Notes under the pieces: model-generated
Told to the model about the DNA's origin: nothing
Database searches by the model: none
The model's input: only the letters and a program-made list of their open reading frames with translations
From: a virus
Taxonomy: Duplodnaviria; Caudoviricetes
Virus record (IMG/VR): IMGVR_UViG_3300048599_000771
Coordinates: 1-51,142 of that record
Direction: 5' to 3' (one strand)
Length of the DNA: 51,142 nucleotides
In this document: in pieces, positions 27,174 through 36,000 of the stretch
Layout of the letters: each line of letters begins with the position of its first letter
How positions within the stretch are numbered: the stretch's first letter is position 1
Program-made: the position numbers and the translations under genes

Positions 27174-28421
27174 ATGAGAAATCCCTTTCCCCGTCTGATC
27201 CGAGCACGGGATAAGCCCCAAAACGCCCTCAACAGTGGTGCCTACTCCTTCTTCGTTGGCGGGACCACATCCGGCAAAGTAGTCAACGAGCGCTCGGCCA
27301 TGCAGATGACCGCCGTGTACGCCTGCGTGCGCATCCTATCCGAGGCGGTCGCCTCGCTTCCGCTGCATGTATACCAGTACAACAGCACAGGAGGAAAGGA
27401 AAAGGCTTTCAGGCATCCTCTGTATAGTATCTTGCACGACGTGCCGAACCCGGAGATGTCGGCTTTCTCCTTCCGGGAAACGCTCATGACCCACCTGCTC
27501 TTGTGGGGGAATGGCTTCGCGCAGGTGATCCGCAACGGACGCGGCGAGGTCTTAGCGCTCTATCCACTCATGCCCGACCGCATGACCGTGGACCGGGACG
27601 CCCAGGGCAACATCTTCTACGACTACACCCCCGCGGACGGGGATGCGCGCTCGATGGGCGGCAAGTCCACTGTGCGGCTTGCGCCTTCAGACGTGCTCCA
27701 CATTCCGGGCCTGGGCTTTGACGGACTGGTCGGTTACTCGCCCATCGCCATGGCGAAAAACGCCATCGGCATGGGGCTGGCCTGCGACGAATACGGCGCC
27801 TCCTTCTATCAGAACGGCGCACAGCCGGGCGGCGTGTTGGAACATCCGGGCGTGGTCAAGGACCCAAAACGCGTGCGCGATTCCTGGAACGCCATCTACC
27901 AGGGCAGCGCCAACGCCCACCGCGTCGCGGTGCTGGAGGAGGGGATGGCCTACAAACCCATCTCCATCTCCCCGGAGCAGGCACAATTCCTGGAGACGCG
28001 AAAATTCCAGATTGACGAGATCGCGCGCATCTTCCGGGTGCCGCCCCACATGGTGGGCGACCTCGAGAAATCATCCTTTTCGAACATTGAGCAGCAGTCG
28101 CTGGAGTTCGTAAAGTACACCCTCTCCCCATGGATCACACGATGGGAGCAGGCCATCTACCGGGCGCTTTTCTCGGAAGCCGAGAAGAAGCGCTTTTTTG
28201 TGCGCTTCAATGTGGAGGGCTTGCTGCGAGGGGATTATGCGAGCAGAATGACCGGATACTCCGTTGCCCGGCAGAACGGCTGGATGAGCGCCAACGACAT
28301 CCGGGAATTGGAGAACCTCGACCGCATCCCCGCGGAAGATGGCGGAGACCTGTACCTGATCAACGGCAACATGCTCACACTCGCTCAGGCGGGCGCGTTC
28401 GCAAAGGAGAAACCCAAATGA
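27174..28421 (+). CDS. Portal protein (HK97 family)
   Basis: TAVYACVRILSEAVASLP, LLLWGNG, EIARIFRVPPHM. Confidence 0.95.
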   Translation: MRNPFPRLIRARDKPQNALNSGAYSFFVGGTTSGKVVNERSAMQMTAVYACVRILSEAVASLPLHVYQYNSTGGKEKAFRHPLYSILHDVPNPEMSAFSFRETLMTHLLLWGNGFAQVIRNGRGEVLALYPLMPDRMTVDRDAQGNIFYDYTPADGDARSMGGKSTVRLAPSDVLHIPGLGFDGLVGYSPIAMAKNAIGMGLACDEYGASFYQNGAQPGGVLEHPGVVKDPKRVRDSWNAIYQGSANAHRVAVLEEGMAYKPISISPEQAQFLETRKFQIDEIARIFRVPPHMVGDLEKSSFSNIEQQSLEFVKYTLSPWITRWEQAIYRALFSEAEKKRFFVRFNVEGLLRGDYASRMTGYSVARQNGWMSANDIRELENLDRIPAEDGGDLYLINGNMLTLAQAGAFAKEKPK

Positions 28422-29155
28422 AGAAATTCTGGAGTTGGGCGGAGTCCGCCTGCCAGGTTCGGGACGAAACCACGCCGGATACCCGCACTCTGTACTTGGA
28501 CGGCGTCATCGCCGAAGATAGTTGGTTCGAGGATGATGTGACACCCGCCGCGTTCAAATCCGACCTCCTGTCTGGCACCGGCCCCATCACCATCTGGATC
28601 AATTCGCCGGGCGGCGATTGTGTCGCAGCGGCGCAGATCTACAACATGCTCATGGAGTACCCAGGCGACGTAACGGTCAAGATCGACGGCATCGCGGCCT
28701 CGGCGGCGTCCGTCATCGCCATGGCGGGGACGCGCGTCCTCATGTCCCCGGTCTCGACCATGATGATCCACAATCCGCTGACGGTGGCCATCGGCGACAG
28801 CGAGGAAATGCGCAAGGCGATCCAGATGCTGGTCGAATACAAGGAATCGATCGTCAACGCCTACGAGATCAAGACGGGCCTCTCCCGCGCGAAGCTGTCG
28901 CACCTCATGGACGCGGAGACCTGGATGAACGCGAACAAGGCGATGGAACTGGGCTTCTGCGACGAGATCCTGTTCAAGGATGCGCCGCCCGGCGATATGC
29001 CCGAAAACAGTTTCTCCTTCTCCCGCAGAGCCGTCACCAACAGCCTGCTGGACAAGGTGAAAGCTCGGATTCCAAAGGCTGAACAACCCCGAGTGAAAGC
29101 GTCGGACAGGGTGCCGGCCTCCGGCCTCGAAAAGAGACTGGCGCTTTTAAAATGA
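28418..29155 (+). CDS. ClpP-type head maturation protease
   Basis: INSPGGD, DGIAASAASVIAMAG, MMIHNP. Confidence 0.92.
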   Translation: MKKFWSWAESACQVRDETTPDTRTLYLDGVIAEDSWFEDDVTPAAFKSDLLSGTGPITIWINSPGGDCVAAAQIYNMLMEYPGDVTVKIDGIAASAASVIAMAGTRVLMSPVSTMMIHNPLTVAIGDSEEMRKAIQMLVEYKESIVNAYEIKTGLSRAKLSHLMDAETWMNANKAMELGFCDEILFKDAPPGDMPENSFSFSRRAVTNSLLDKVKARIPKAEQPRVKASDRVPASGLEKRLALLK

Positions 29156-29168
29156 AATGGAGGATAAC

Positions 29169-30371
29169 ATGAACCAAATTCTTACTCTGCGCGAGAAGCG
29201 TGCTAAGGCGTGGGACGCCGCGAAAGCGTTCCTGGACACCAAGCGCGGCACCGACGGCATGCTCTCTGCTGAGGATGCCACGACCTATGACAAGATGGAG
29301 GCGGATGTGATCGCCCTTGGCCACGAGATCGAGCGCCTGGAGCGTCAAGCCGCACTGGACCTGGAACTCTCCCAGCCGACCCGCAATCCCCTGACCGATA
29401 AGCCCGGCACTTCCAATGATAAGGGAAAAACAGGCCGCGCGTCCGACGAGTACCGGCGTAGTTTCTGGAACATGATGCGCAGCAAGAATCCGTCGTTCGA
29501 GGTCATGAACGCGCTGCAGGTGGGCGTGGACAGTGAAGGCGGCGTGTTCGCGCCGGACGAGTTCGAGCGTACCCTCATCGAGGCGCTGGAGGAGCAGAAC
29601 ATCTTCCGCCAGTTTGCCAAGGTGATCACCACCTCCTCCGGCGACCGGAAAATCCCTGTGGTCGCGTCCAAGGGCAGCGCCTCGTGGATTGATGAGGAAG
29701 CCGCCTACCCGGAGAGTGACGACGCCTTCGGCATGACCTCTATCGGCGCTTTCAAGCTGGCGACGATGATCAAGGTATCGGAGGAGCTTCTGAACGATTC
29801 GGTGTTCGACGTTGCATCGTACATCGCCAAGGAGTTCGCGCGCCGCATCGGCACCAAGGAAGAAGAGGCGTTCTTCGTGGGCGACGGCAGCGGCAAGCCC
29901 ACCGGCCTGCTCGCCAACTCCGGTGGCGCTGAACTGGGCGTGACCGCGGCCTCCGCCACGGCGATCACTTTCGATGAAGTGATGGACCTGTTCTACGCCC
30001 TCCGTGCCCCGTACCGTAAGAGTGCCGTCTTCCTCATGAACGATTCGACGGTCAAAGCCATCCGGAAGCTCAAGGACAATACCGGCAACTATCTCTGGCA
30101 GCCGTCGGTCACCGCGGCGACGCCCGATACAATTCTCAACCGCCCGGTCTACACCTCGTCCTATGTACCCGCACTGGCTGCGGGCGCGAAGGCAATCGCG
30201 TTTGGCGACCTGGGTTTCTACTGGGTGGCTGACCGCCAGGGCCGTAGCTTCAAGCGCCTGAACGAGCTGTTCGCCGCCACCGGGCAGGTGGGCTTCATCG
30301 CCTCCCAGCGGGTGGACGGCAAGCTGATCCTGCCCGAAGCGGTAAAGGTGCTCCAAATGAAGGCAGGATGA
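29169..30371 (+). CDS. Major capsid protein (HK97 fold)
   Basis: N-terminal delta coiled coil; EGG..PDEF, KVSEELLNDS, GDGSGKPTG. Confidence 0.95.
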   Translation: MNQILTLREKRAKAWDAAKAFLDTKRGTDGMLSAEDATTYDKMEADVIALGHEIERLERQAALDLELSQPTRNPLTDKPGTSNDKGKTGRASDEYRRSFWNMMRSKNPSFEVMNALQVGVDSEGGVFAPDEFERTLIEALEEQNIFRQFAKVITTSSGDRKIPVVASKGSASWIDEEAAYPESDDAFGMTSIGAFKLATMIKVSEELLNDSVFDVASYIAKEFARRIGTKEEEAFFVGDGSGKPTGLLANSGGAELGVTAASATAITFDEVMDLFYALRAPYRKSAVFLMNDSTVKAIRKLKDNTGNYLWQPSVTAATPDTILNRPVYTSSYVPALAAGAKAIAFGDLGFYWVADRQGRSFKRLNELFAATGQVGFIASQRVDGKLILPEAVKVLQMKAG

Positions 30372-30372
30372 T

Positions 30373-30654
30373 ATGGTCTCGCTTTCAGAACTGAAGGCAC
30401 ACCTACGAATTGAATCAGAGGAGGAAGACGCATTGCTCTCCTCCCTGATTCAGGCCGCGAAAGCCGCCTGCGAAGCCTTCTGCATGACGGCTTTCGAGGA
30501 ACCCGAGCCTGAACCCGTCCGGCTCGCGGTGCTCCTGTTCTGTGGACATTTCTATGCGAATCGCGAGAGCGGCGACCGTTGCGCCTATGACGCCATGATC
30601 ACCGCTTTTCGCGCGCTGCTCTGGCCATACCGCGATTCCACGAAGCTTTTCTAA
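30373..30654 (+). CDS. Head-tail connector (gp6-like)
   Basis: LSELKAHLRI...AVLLFCGHFYANRE. Confidence 0.88.
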   Translation: MVSLSELKAHLRIESEEEDALLSSLIQAAKAACEAFCMTAFEEPEPEPVRLAVLLFCGHFYANRESGDRCAYDAMITAFRALLWPYRDSTKLF

Positions 30655-30668
30655 AGGAGGCAACCCGC

Positions 30669-31019
30669 TTGGCAACAAGCAATACAAAACCCAAAGCGGG
30701 CGACCTCCGGCAACGGATCACGGTCGGGCGGATGGCCACCACGACCAACGAGAATGGCTACCCTGTGGAAACCGACACCGTTGTCTGCAACGTATGGGCA
30801 TCCGCCCGTGACGTCGGGTATCGGGAGTTTTTCGAAGCTGCGTCCGGCAATCTGGAGGACGTGGTCAACTTCGCAATCCGGTACCGCCCGGACATCGAGC
30901 CCGGCATGTGGGTGGAGTTCGAAGGAGAACGCCGGGAGATCGTGCAGGTCAACGGATACGACCACCTGCGCGACTTCCTGCTGCTCAAGACCGCCCGGCG
31001 AAAGGCGGTGAGTGGATGA
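30669..31019 (+). CDS. Head closure protein (SPP1 gp16-like)
   Basis: GDLRQRITV...VWAS...FAIRYRPDI. Confidence 0.85.
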   Translation: MATSNTKPKAGDLRQRITVGRMATTTNENGYPVETDTVVCNVWASARDVGYREFFEAASGNLEDVVNFAIRYRPDIEPGMWVEFEGERREIVQVNGYDHLRDFLLLKTARRKAVSG

Positions 31020-31351
31020 AACGCGTTCAGGATGCGCTTACCCCCACCGGAATACCCGCCTTCGCGCATGTCTGGCGCGCGAGCACCGCATATCCAGCAC
31101 CGCCCGCCCAGTATCTCACCTACACCACCCTGACGGTGGAAGGCGAACACCTCGACGACGCGCCAGTAGCCTACCGCCATTTCGTCTACCTGACCCTCTG
31201 GAGTACCGGCGACGTGACGAGCGCAATCCCCATCGTGCGGAACGCCATGCGTGCTGCGGGGTTTGGCATGGATGAAGAACGTACAGATTACGAGGAAGAC
31301 ACGAAAACCTTCCTCGTCATCTGGACTTGGGTGGGCATGGAGGAGGCGTGA
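31016..31351 (+). CDS. Tail completion/terminator-like protein
   Basis: Position in neck module; YLTY...LWS...MRAAGF pattern. Confidence 0.65.
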   Translation: MKRVQDALTPTGIPAFAHVWRASTAYPAPPAQYLTYTTLTVEGEHLDDAPVAYRHFVYLTLWSTGDVTSAIPIVRNAMRAAGFGMDEERTDYEEDTKTFLVIWTWVGMEEA

Positions 31352-31354
31352 TCC

Positions 31355-31774
31355 GTGGGCATGAAACTGAACGGCGCGGATGACCTAAAAAACGATCTCG
31401 CTTCCATTGCAGACGAGCTTGGGGATGACGGTACCACAACTGCCAGGATTCTGAAGGGTGCCGCTCAACCAATCCTGGATCAGATGATCCGAAACGCCGG
31501 CGCCGATCCACGCCCTCGCTCCGGCAATCTCAGAGGCTCCATAAAAATGAAAGCGGGTTCCCGCAAACATGGCGCTGCCCGCGTGACCGTGGGCGTGCAT
31601 TCCGGTGAAGCGGGCGCCCAGTACGCAAATCCAGTCGAGCATGGCCATGGCGGGCCGCATCCCGCGCCGCCCCACCCATTTGTCCGCCCGGCCTTTGACG
31701 CCAAGGTGGAAGAAGCCTATGAGGAAATGAAGACGCTCCTGAACGCCGCCCTCGACAAACGGGGGCTTTTCTAA
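31355..31774 (+). CDS. HK97 gp10-like neck protein
   Basis: SGNLRGSI...YANPVEHGH...HPFVRPAFD. Confidence 0.85.
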   Translation: MGMKLNGADDLKNDLASIADELGDDGTTTARILKGAAQPILDQMIRNAGADPRPRSGNLRGSIKMKAGSRKHGAARVTVGVHSGEAGAQYANPVEHGHGGPHPAPPHPFVRPAFDAKVEEAYEEMKTLLNAALDKRGLF

Positions 31775-31804
31775 TTCTGAAACAACAGATTGGGGGAACA
31801 ATCC

Positions 31805-32416
31805 ATGCCTGAACCCACCACATCTCCCGCGGTTTCCAGCACCGTCGGCCTCAAAAACGTGGTGCTGGCGCCGCTGACCACCGATACCGAAGCCGCGCTC
31901 GCCTACGGCACGCTGCAGCTGCTCGCGGGTGCCATCGACGCACAGATCTCGCCCGAAAACGCCGATCCCGAGGTGCAGTACTACGATGACGTCGAGGGTG
32001 ACGTCGTGTATCCGGACCCCGACGTCAAGCTGACCATGGAGATGGCGGACATCCCGCTGACGCTCCAGGAGATGATCCTGGGCAATACCATTGACGATAA
32101 TGGTGTGCTCCTCCGCGCTGCAGGTGATTCGCCGCCCTACTTCGCGCTTGGGTTCAAGAGTGAGAAGGCGGACGGCACCTACCGCTATGTCTGGCTGTTC
32201 AAGGGTCGCGCCAAGCCCGCGACCGAGCAGTATCACACGAAGGAAGGAAAGACGCTGACCCGGCAGACCGGCAAGCTCGAATGGTCCTTCCTCAAGCGCA
32301 CCAATGACGGACGCTATCAGGCGATTGCCGACGAGGGCCAGAACGGATTCACTCCGGAGAAGGCTGCGGCGTTCCTGACCAGCGTGTACACGCCGGTGAT
32401 TACTTCCGGCACCTGA
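31805..32416 (+). CDS. Major tail protein (phi13-like)
   Basis: YYDD..., PPYFALGFKSEKADGTYRYVWLFKG. Confidence 0.9.
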   Translation: MPEPTTSPAVSSTVGLKNVVLAPLTTDTEAALAYGTLQLLAGAIDAQISPENADPEVQYYDDVEGDVVYPDPDVKLTMEMADIPLTLQEMILGNTIDDNGVLLRAAGDSPPYFALGFKSEKADGTYRYVWLFKGRAKPATEQYHTKEGKTLTRQTGKLEWSFLKRTNDGRYQAIADEGQNGFTPEKAAAFLTSVYTPVITSGT

Positions 32417-32441
32417 TTATCAACAGAAGGGAGCGTCAGTC

Positions 32442-32801
32442 ATGATCACCTGCACCCTGGGAGAGAAGAAGTACTCCATTGATTTCGTGTCCGGCCGCGC
32501 GCTGCGCGAGATGGGACCCGCAGCCAAAATGCACGCGCACATCACCGGACTCGCCAAGAGCGCACTGGAAGGGAACGCCGTCGCCGATGAAACCAGCGTC
32601 GAGGACGCCATGGACGTGCTCGTCCGCTGGTTCTGCATCCTTTTCGGCAATCAGTTCTCGCCCGACGACGTTTTCGACCACTACCCCGTTGACCGCCTGA
32701 TCCACGACGTCACCTTCGCCATGATGGCCGTGCAGGCCCAGGCCACTTCCGTACTCTCCGAGTTCCCTATTCCGGCAGCGCAGGAGACGAAGGCGTCCTG
32801 A
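32442..32801 (+). CDS. Tail assembly chaperone G
   Basis: Lies between the major tail protein and tape measure genes. Confidence 0.8.
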   Translation: MITCTLGEKKYSIDFVSGRALREMGPAAKMHAHITGLAKSALEGNAVADETSVEDAMDVLVRWFCILFGNQFSPDDVFDHYPVDRLIHDVTFAMMAVQAQATSVLSEFPIPAAQETKAS

Positions 32802-32989
32802 CGCTGCACGACTACATTCTGGCGACCTACAACGAACTCCTGAAAACCGGGTGGACCATGACCGACATTGACGGCATGGACATGCCCGGCTTTCTGTCTG
32901 TCCGCGCCTGGGACGCAAAGCGCGAAGAGCGCGCGAAGGTCCCCAAGCGCCGGTTTATCGACGAAGCGTGGCCACAGCGGCCGCGCTGA
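32762..32989 (+). CDS. Tail chaperone T extension (-1 frame of G)
   Basis: Open -1 frame encoding LTLHDYILATYNELLKTGWTMTDIDGMD...RFIDEAWP; probable slip at TTC CCT A. Confidence 0.7.
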   Translation, partial: VPYSGSAGDEGVLTLHDYILATYNELLKTGWTMTDIDGMDMPGFLSVRAWDAKREERAKVPKRRFIDEAWPQRPR

Positions 32990-33004
32990 TTTTCATTTGA
33001 GAGG

Positions 33005-36000
33005 ATGGCGACACCCTTGGCCGAAACCCTGCGCGACCTTGTCGTGTCGCTGTCCCTCGACTCGGACAACTTCTCCAGGAACCTCAATAGCATCGGAAAA
33101 CAGATCCAGGAAGCGGAGAGCCGGTTCAAAGCGGCGGGCGCCGGCGTGTCCGGGTTCGAGAAGTCCGCCGCCGGGTTGGGCGCGAACATCTCCATGCTTC
33201 GGGATAAACTTGTCCTCCAGCAGAAGGCGGTGGAGCAGTACCGGCGCGCCCTCGACGCCGCCAATGGGAAGCTCACCGCCGCCGTCCGGAAGAACGACGA
33301 ACTGAAAACCTCACTGGATGGCGCAAGGACGAAGTATGCCGACCTCAAGAGCCGGATCGACCAGACCCGAGCAGCCTATGCGGCCAGCGTCAAGGCGACT
33401 GGGGACAACAGTGAGGAATCCAACCGGCTGGGGCTGGAACTGCTGGACCTCGAAGAACAGTACAATGCCACCGGCGCGGAGATCAAGAAGCTGGAAGGCC
33501 AGCTGGGCGCCAACCGAAAGTCCATGCAAAACGCCGCCGACGCGGTGACCAAGGCGGAAACCAACCTCAACGGTGCCAGGGCGGCGCTGAAGGAAACCGA
33601 ATCCGCAATCCAGAGCACAACCCAGCGGCTGGAGAGGGCACGCTTCAAGTGGCTCGCCACAGGCGCCGCCATGGAGTCTTTCGGGAAGAAGGCCATCGTC
33701 GCCGGTCAAGCGCTGGAGCGCGCCGGGCAGAAGCTAACCACCTTCGCCTCCGTTCCCCTCGCCGGGCTGGGCGTCGCCGCTGCCAAGGCGTCCATTGATT
33801 TCGAGGAAGCGTTCGCCGGCGTGCGGAAGACCGTGGACGCCACCGAGGGTGAGTACAAGCGGCTCGCCTCTGATGTGAAGACCATGTCCACCCAGGTGAC
33901 GGCGGACACCACCGCCATATCCGCCGTGATGGCGAACGCGGGACAGCTGGGCATCAAGAACGCTGCGCTGACGCCGTTCACCCGCGCCATGATCGACCTG
34001 GGCAACGCGACGAATTTGGCGTCCGAAGAAGCCGCGACGGCGCTGGCGCAGTTCGCCAACGTGACCGACATGGCACAGGACAACTTTGGACGCCTGGGAT
34101 CGGTCATCGTCGAGCTCGGCAACAACATGGCCACCACCGAGCGGGACATCGTCAACATGGCGACCCGGCTCGCCTCCGCGGGCACACAGGTCGGGCTGAG
34201 TGAATCGCAGATCCTGGGCTTCTCGGCCGCGCTGGCGTCGGTGGGCATCGAGGCCGAGGCGGGCGGCACCGCGTTCAGTAAGATCATGGTTGAGATGCAG
34301 CTGGCTGCGGAGACCGGGAAGAACGGCCTCTCCGATTTTGCGAAGGTCTCGGGCATGACGGCCTCCGAATTCCAGCAGGCATGGAAGGCCGACGCAGCGT
34401 CTGCCATTCAGGCGTTCATCGTGGGCCTTTCCAAGATGGACGAGTCCGGGATCAGCGCCATCGCGACGCTGCAGGACATGGGCATCACCGAAGTCCGGCT
34501 CCGGGATACGCTGCTGCGTGCAACCAACGCCAATGAGCTGTTCGGAAGAGCGCTCGGCATGGCGAACGACGAGTGGAAGCGCAATACCGCGCTGACAAAG
34601 GAAGCGTCCACCCGCTACGCCACAACCCAGAGCAGGATCACCATCCTCGGCAACAAGGTCAAGTTGTTCGGGCAGACGATCGGCGATGACCTTTCGCCCA
34701 CGATCGCCAATATGATCTCCGGCGCCGACGATCTCCTGGGCAGCCTCATGGAATTGGACGAGGGCCAGCGCCAGGCGCTGATCACCGCGGCCGCATGGGT
34801 CGCCGGGATCGGGCCGGGAATTCTGGTGCTTGGAAAGCTCAATACCGCTGTCGGCACGATCTCCACTGGGTTTGGAAAGCTCATCACCACCGCGGTCGAA
34901 GCGGGCGGCGGGATGAAGGGCGTGCTGGCCGCGTGCGGGAGCCTCTTGGGTCCGGTCGGCATCGCGGCGGTCGCCGCAGCGGCACTGTACGGCGCGTACC
35001 GCTGGATCGACTACGCCTCCGGAGCCAGGGAGGCACGGGAAGCACTTAAGGGCATGGCGGAAACCGCCAAAGCGTGGTCGGAACAGCAGGCGCAGACGGT
35101 TTTTGATACCGGGAACGATGCATTGGGCAGGTTCGGCTTGACCCCGGACAGCTTCGGCGGGATTGAAGAATCGAAGGACTGGCTGACCCGCCTCAACGCC
35201 ACCTGGACCGATGGAAAGCAGGAAACCTCCGAGATCGTCAAGTCCTATGTGGATGAGTTCAAGTCGGACAGCGATCAGCTGCGGCAAGCAATTGAAGAGC
35301 GCCAGAAGATCCTCAAGGGACTGGACGTCAAGGATTCGCGCTCGGATGAGGTACTGAAGCAGCTCGACAGCTACGACAAGGAAGTGCAGGCGCTGCTGAA
35401 AAAGCGCCGGAATGGCAAGCTCAGCGAAAAAGATCAGGCGCGGCTTCAGGAGATCGTGACCCAGCGGGTCCAGATCAAGCTGGAGTACGCGCTGGGCGAG
35501 TCCGGCGGATACGAGCAGATCCTGCAGGGCGTGGAGGCCGAAAAAGCGCGACTTGAAGCCGAAGGCGGTTCCACCTCCATCGACCTGTACGCCGACGCCA
35601 TGAAGGCCGCCGCCCAGGGCAGCGCCGAGTACAACGCCGCGCTGGAAGAAACCTATGCCTCTGAATACAAGGTCATCGCCGCCATGCAGGACGGTGCGGA
35701 GAAGCAGAAGGCGCTCGATGCGCTAAATGAGCAGCATAATCAGGCGAAGATAGAAGGCGCGAAGAAGTACGCCGAGGCCCTGTCCCAGCTCATGGAGCCG
35801 ATGCTTCAGAGCGAGGAATTGGGCGGGGCTGATGAGAAGCTGCAGAAACTGGTGGGCCTGCTCTCCGAGTTCCAGATCGCCTCCTCCCAAGGTGGCAACA
35901 CCTCCGGCATCCTGACGCAGTTGGACGAACTGACCAAGGGCATGGATGAGGGCGAACTTGCTTCATACCTGGCGATCCTGACCCAGATCCAGGACGCGGT

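Noticed and set aside
29113-29127. Hairpin GCCGG-CCT-CCGGC at the ClpP C terminus
   Set aside because: Lacks the TNNCA tail and there is no clear indel evidence
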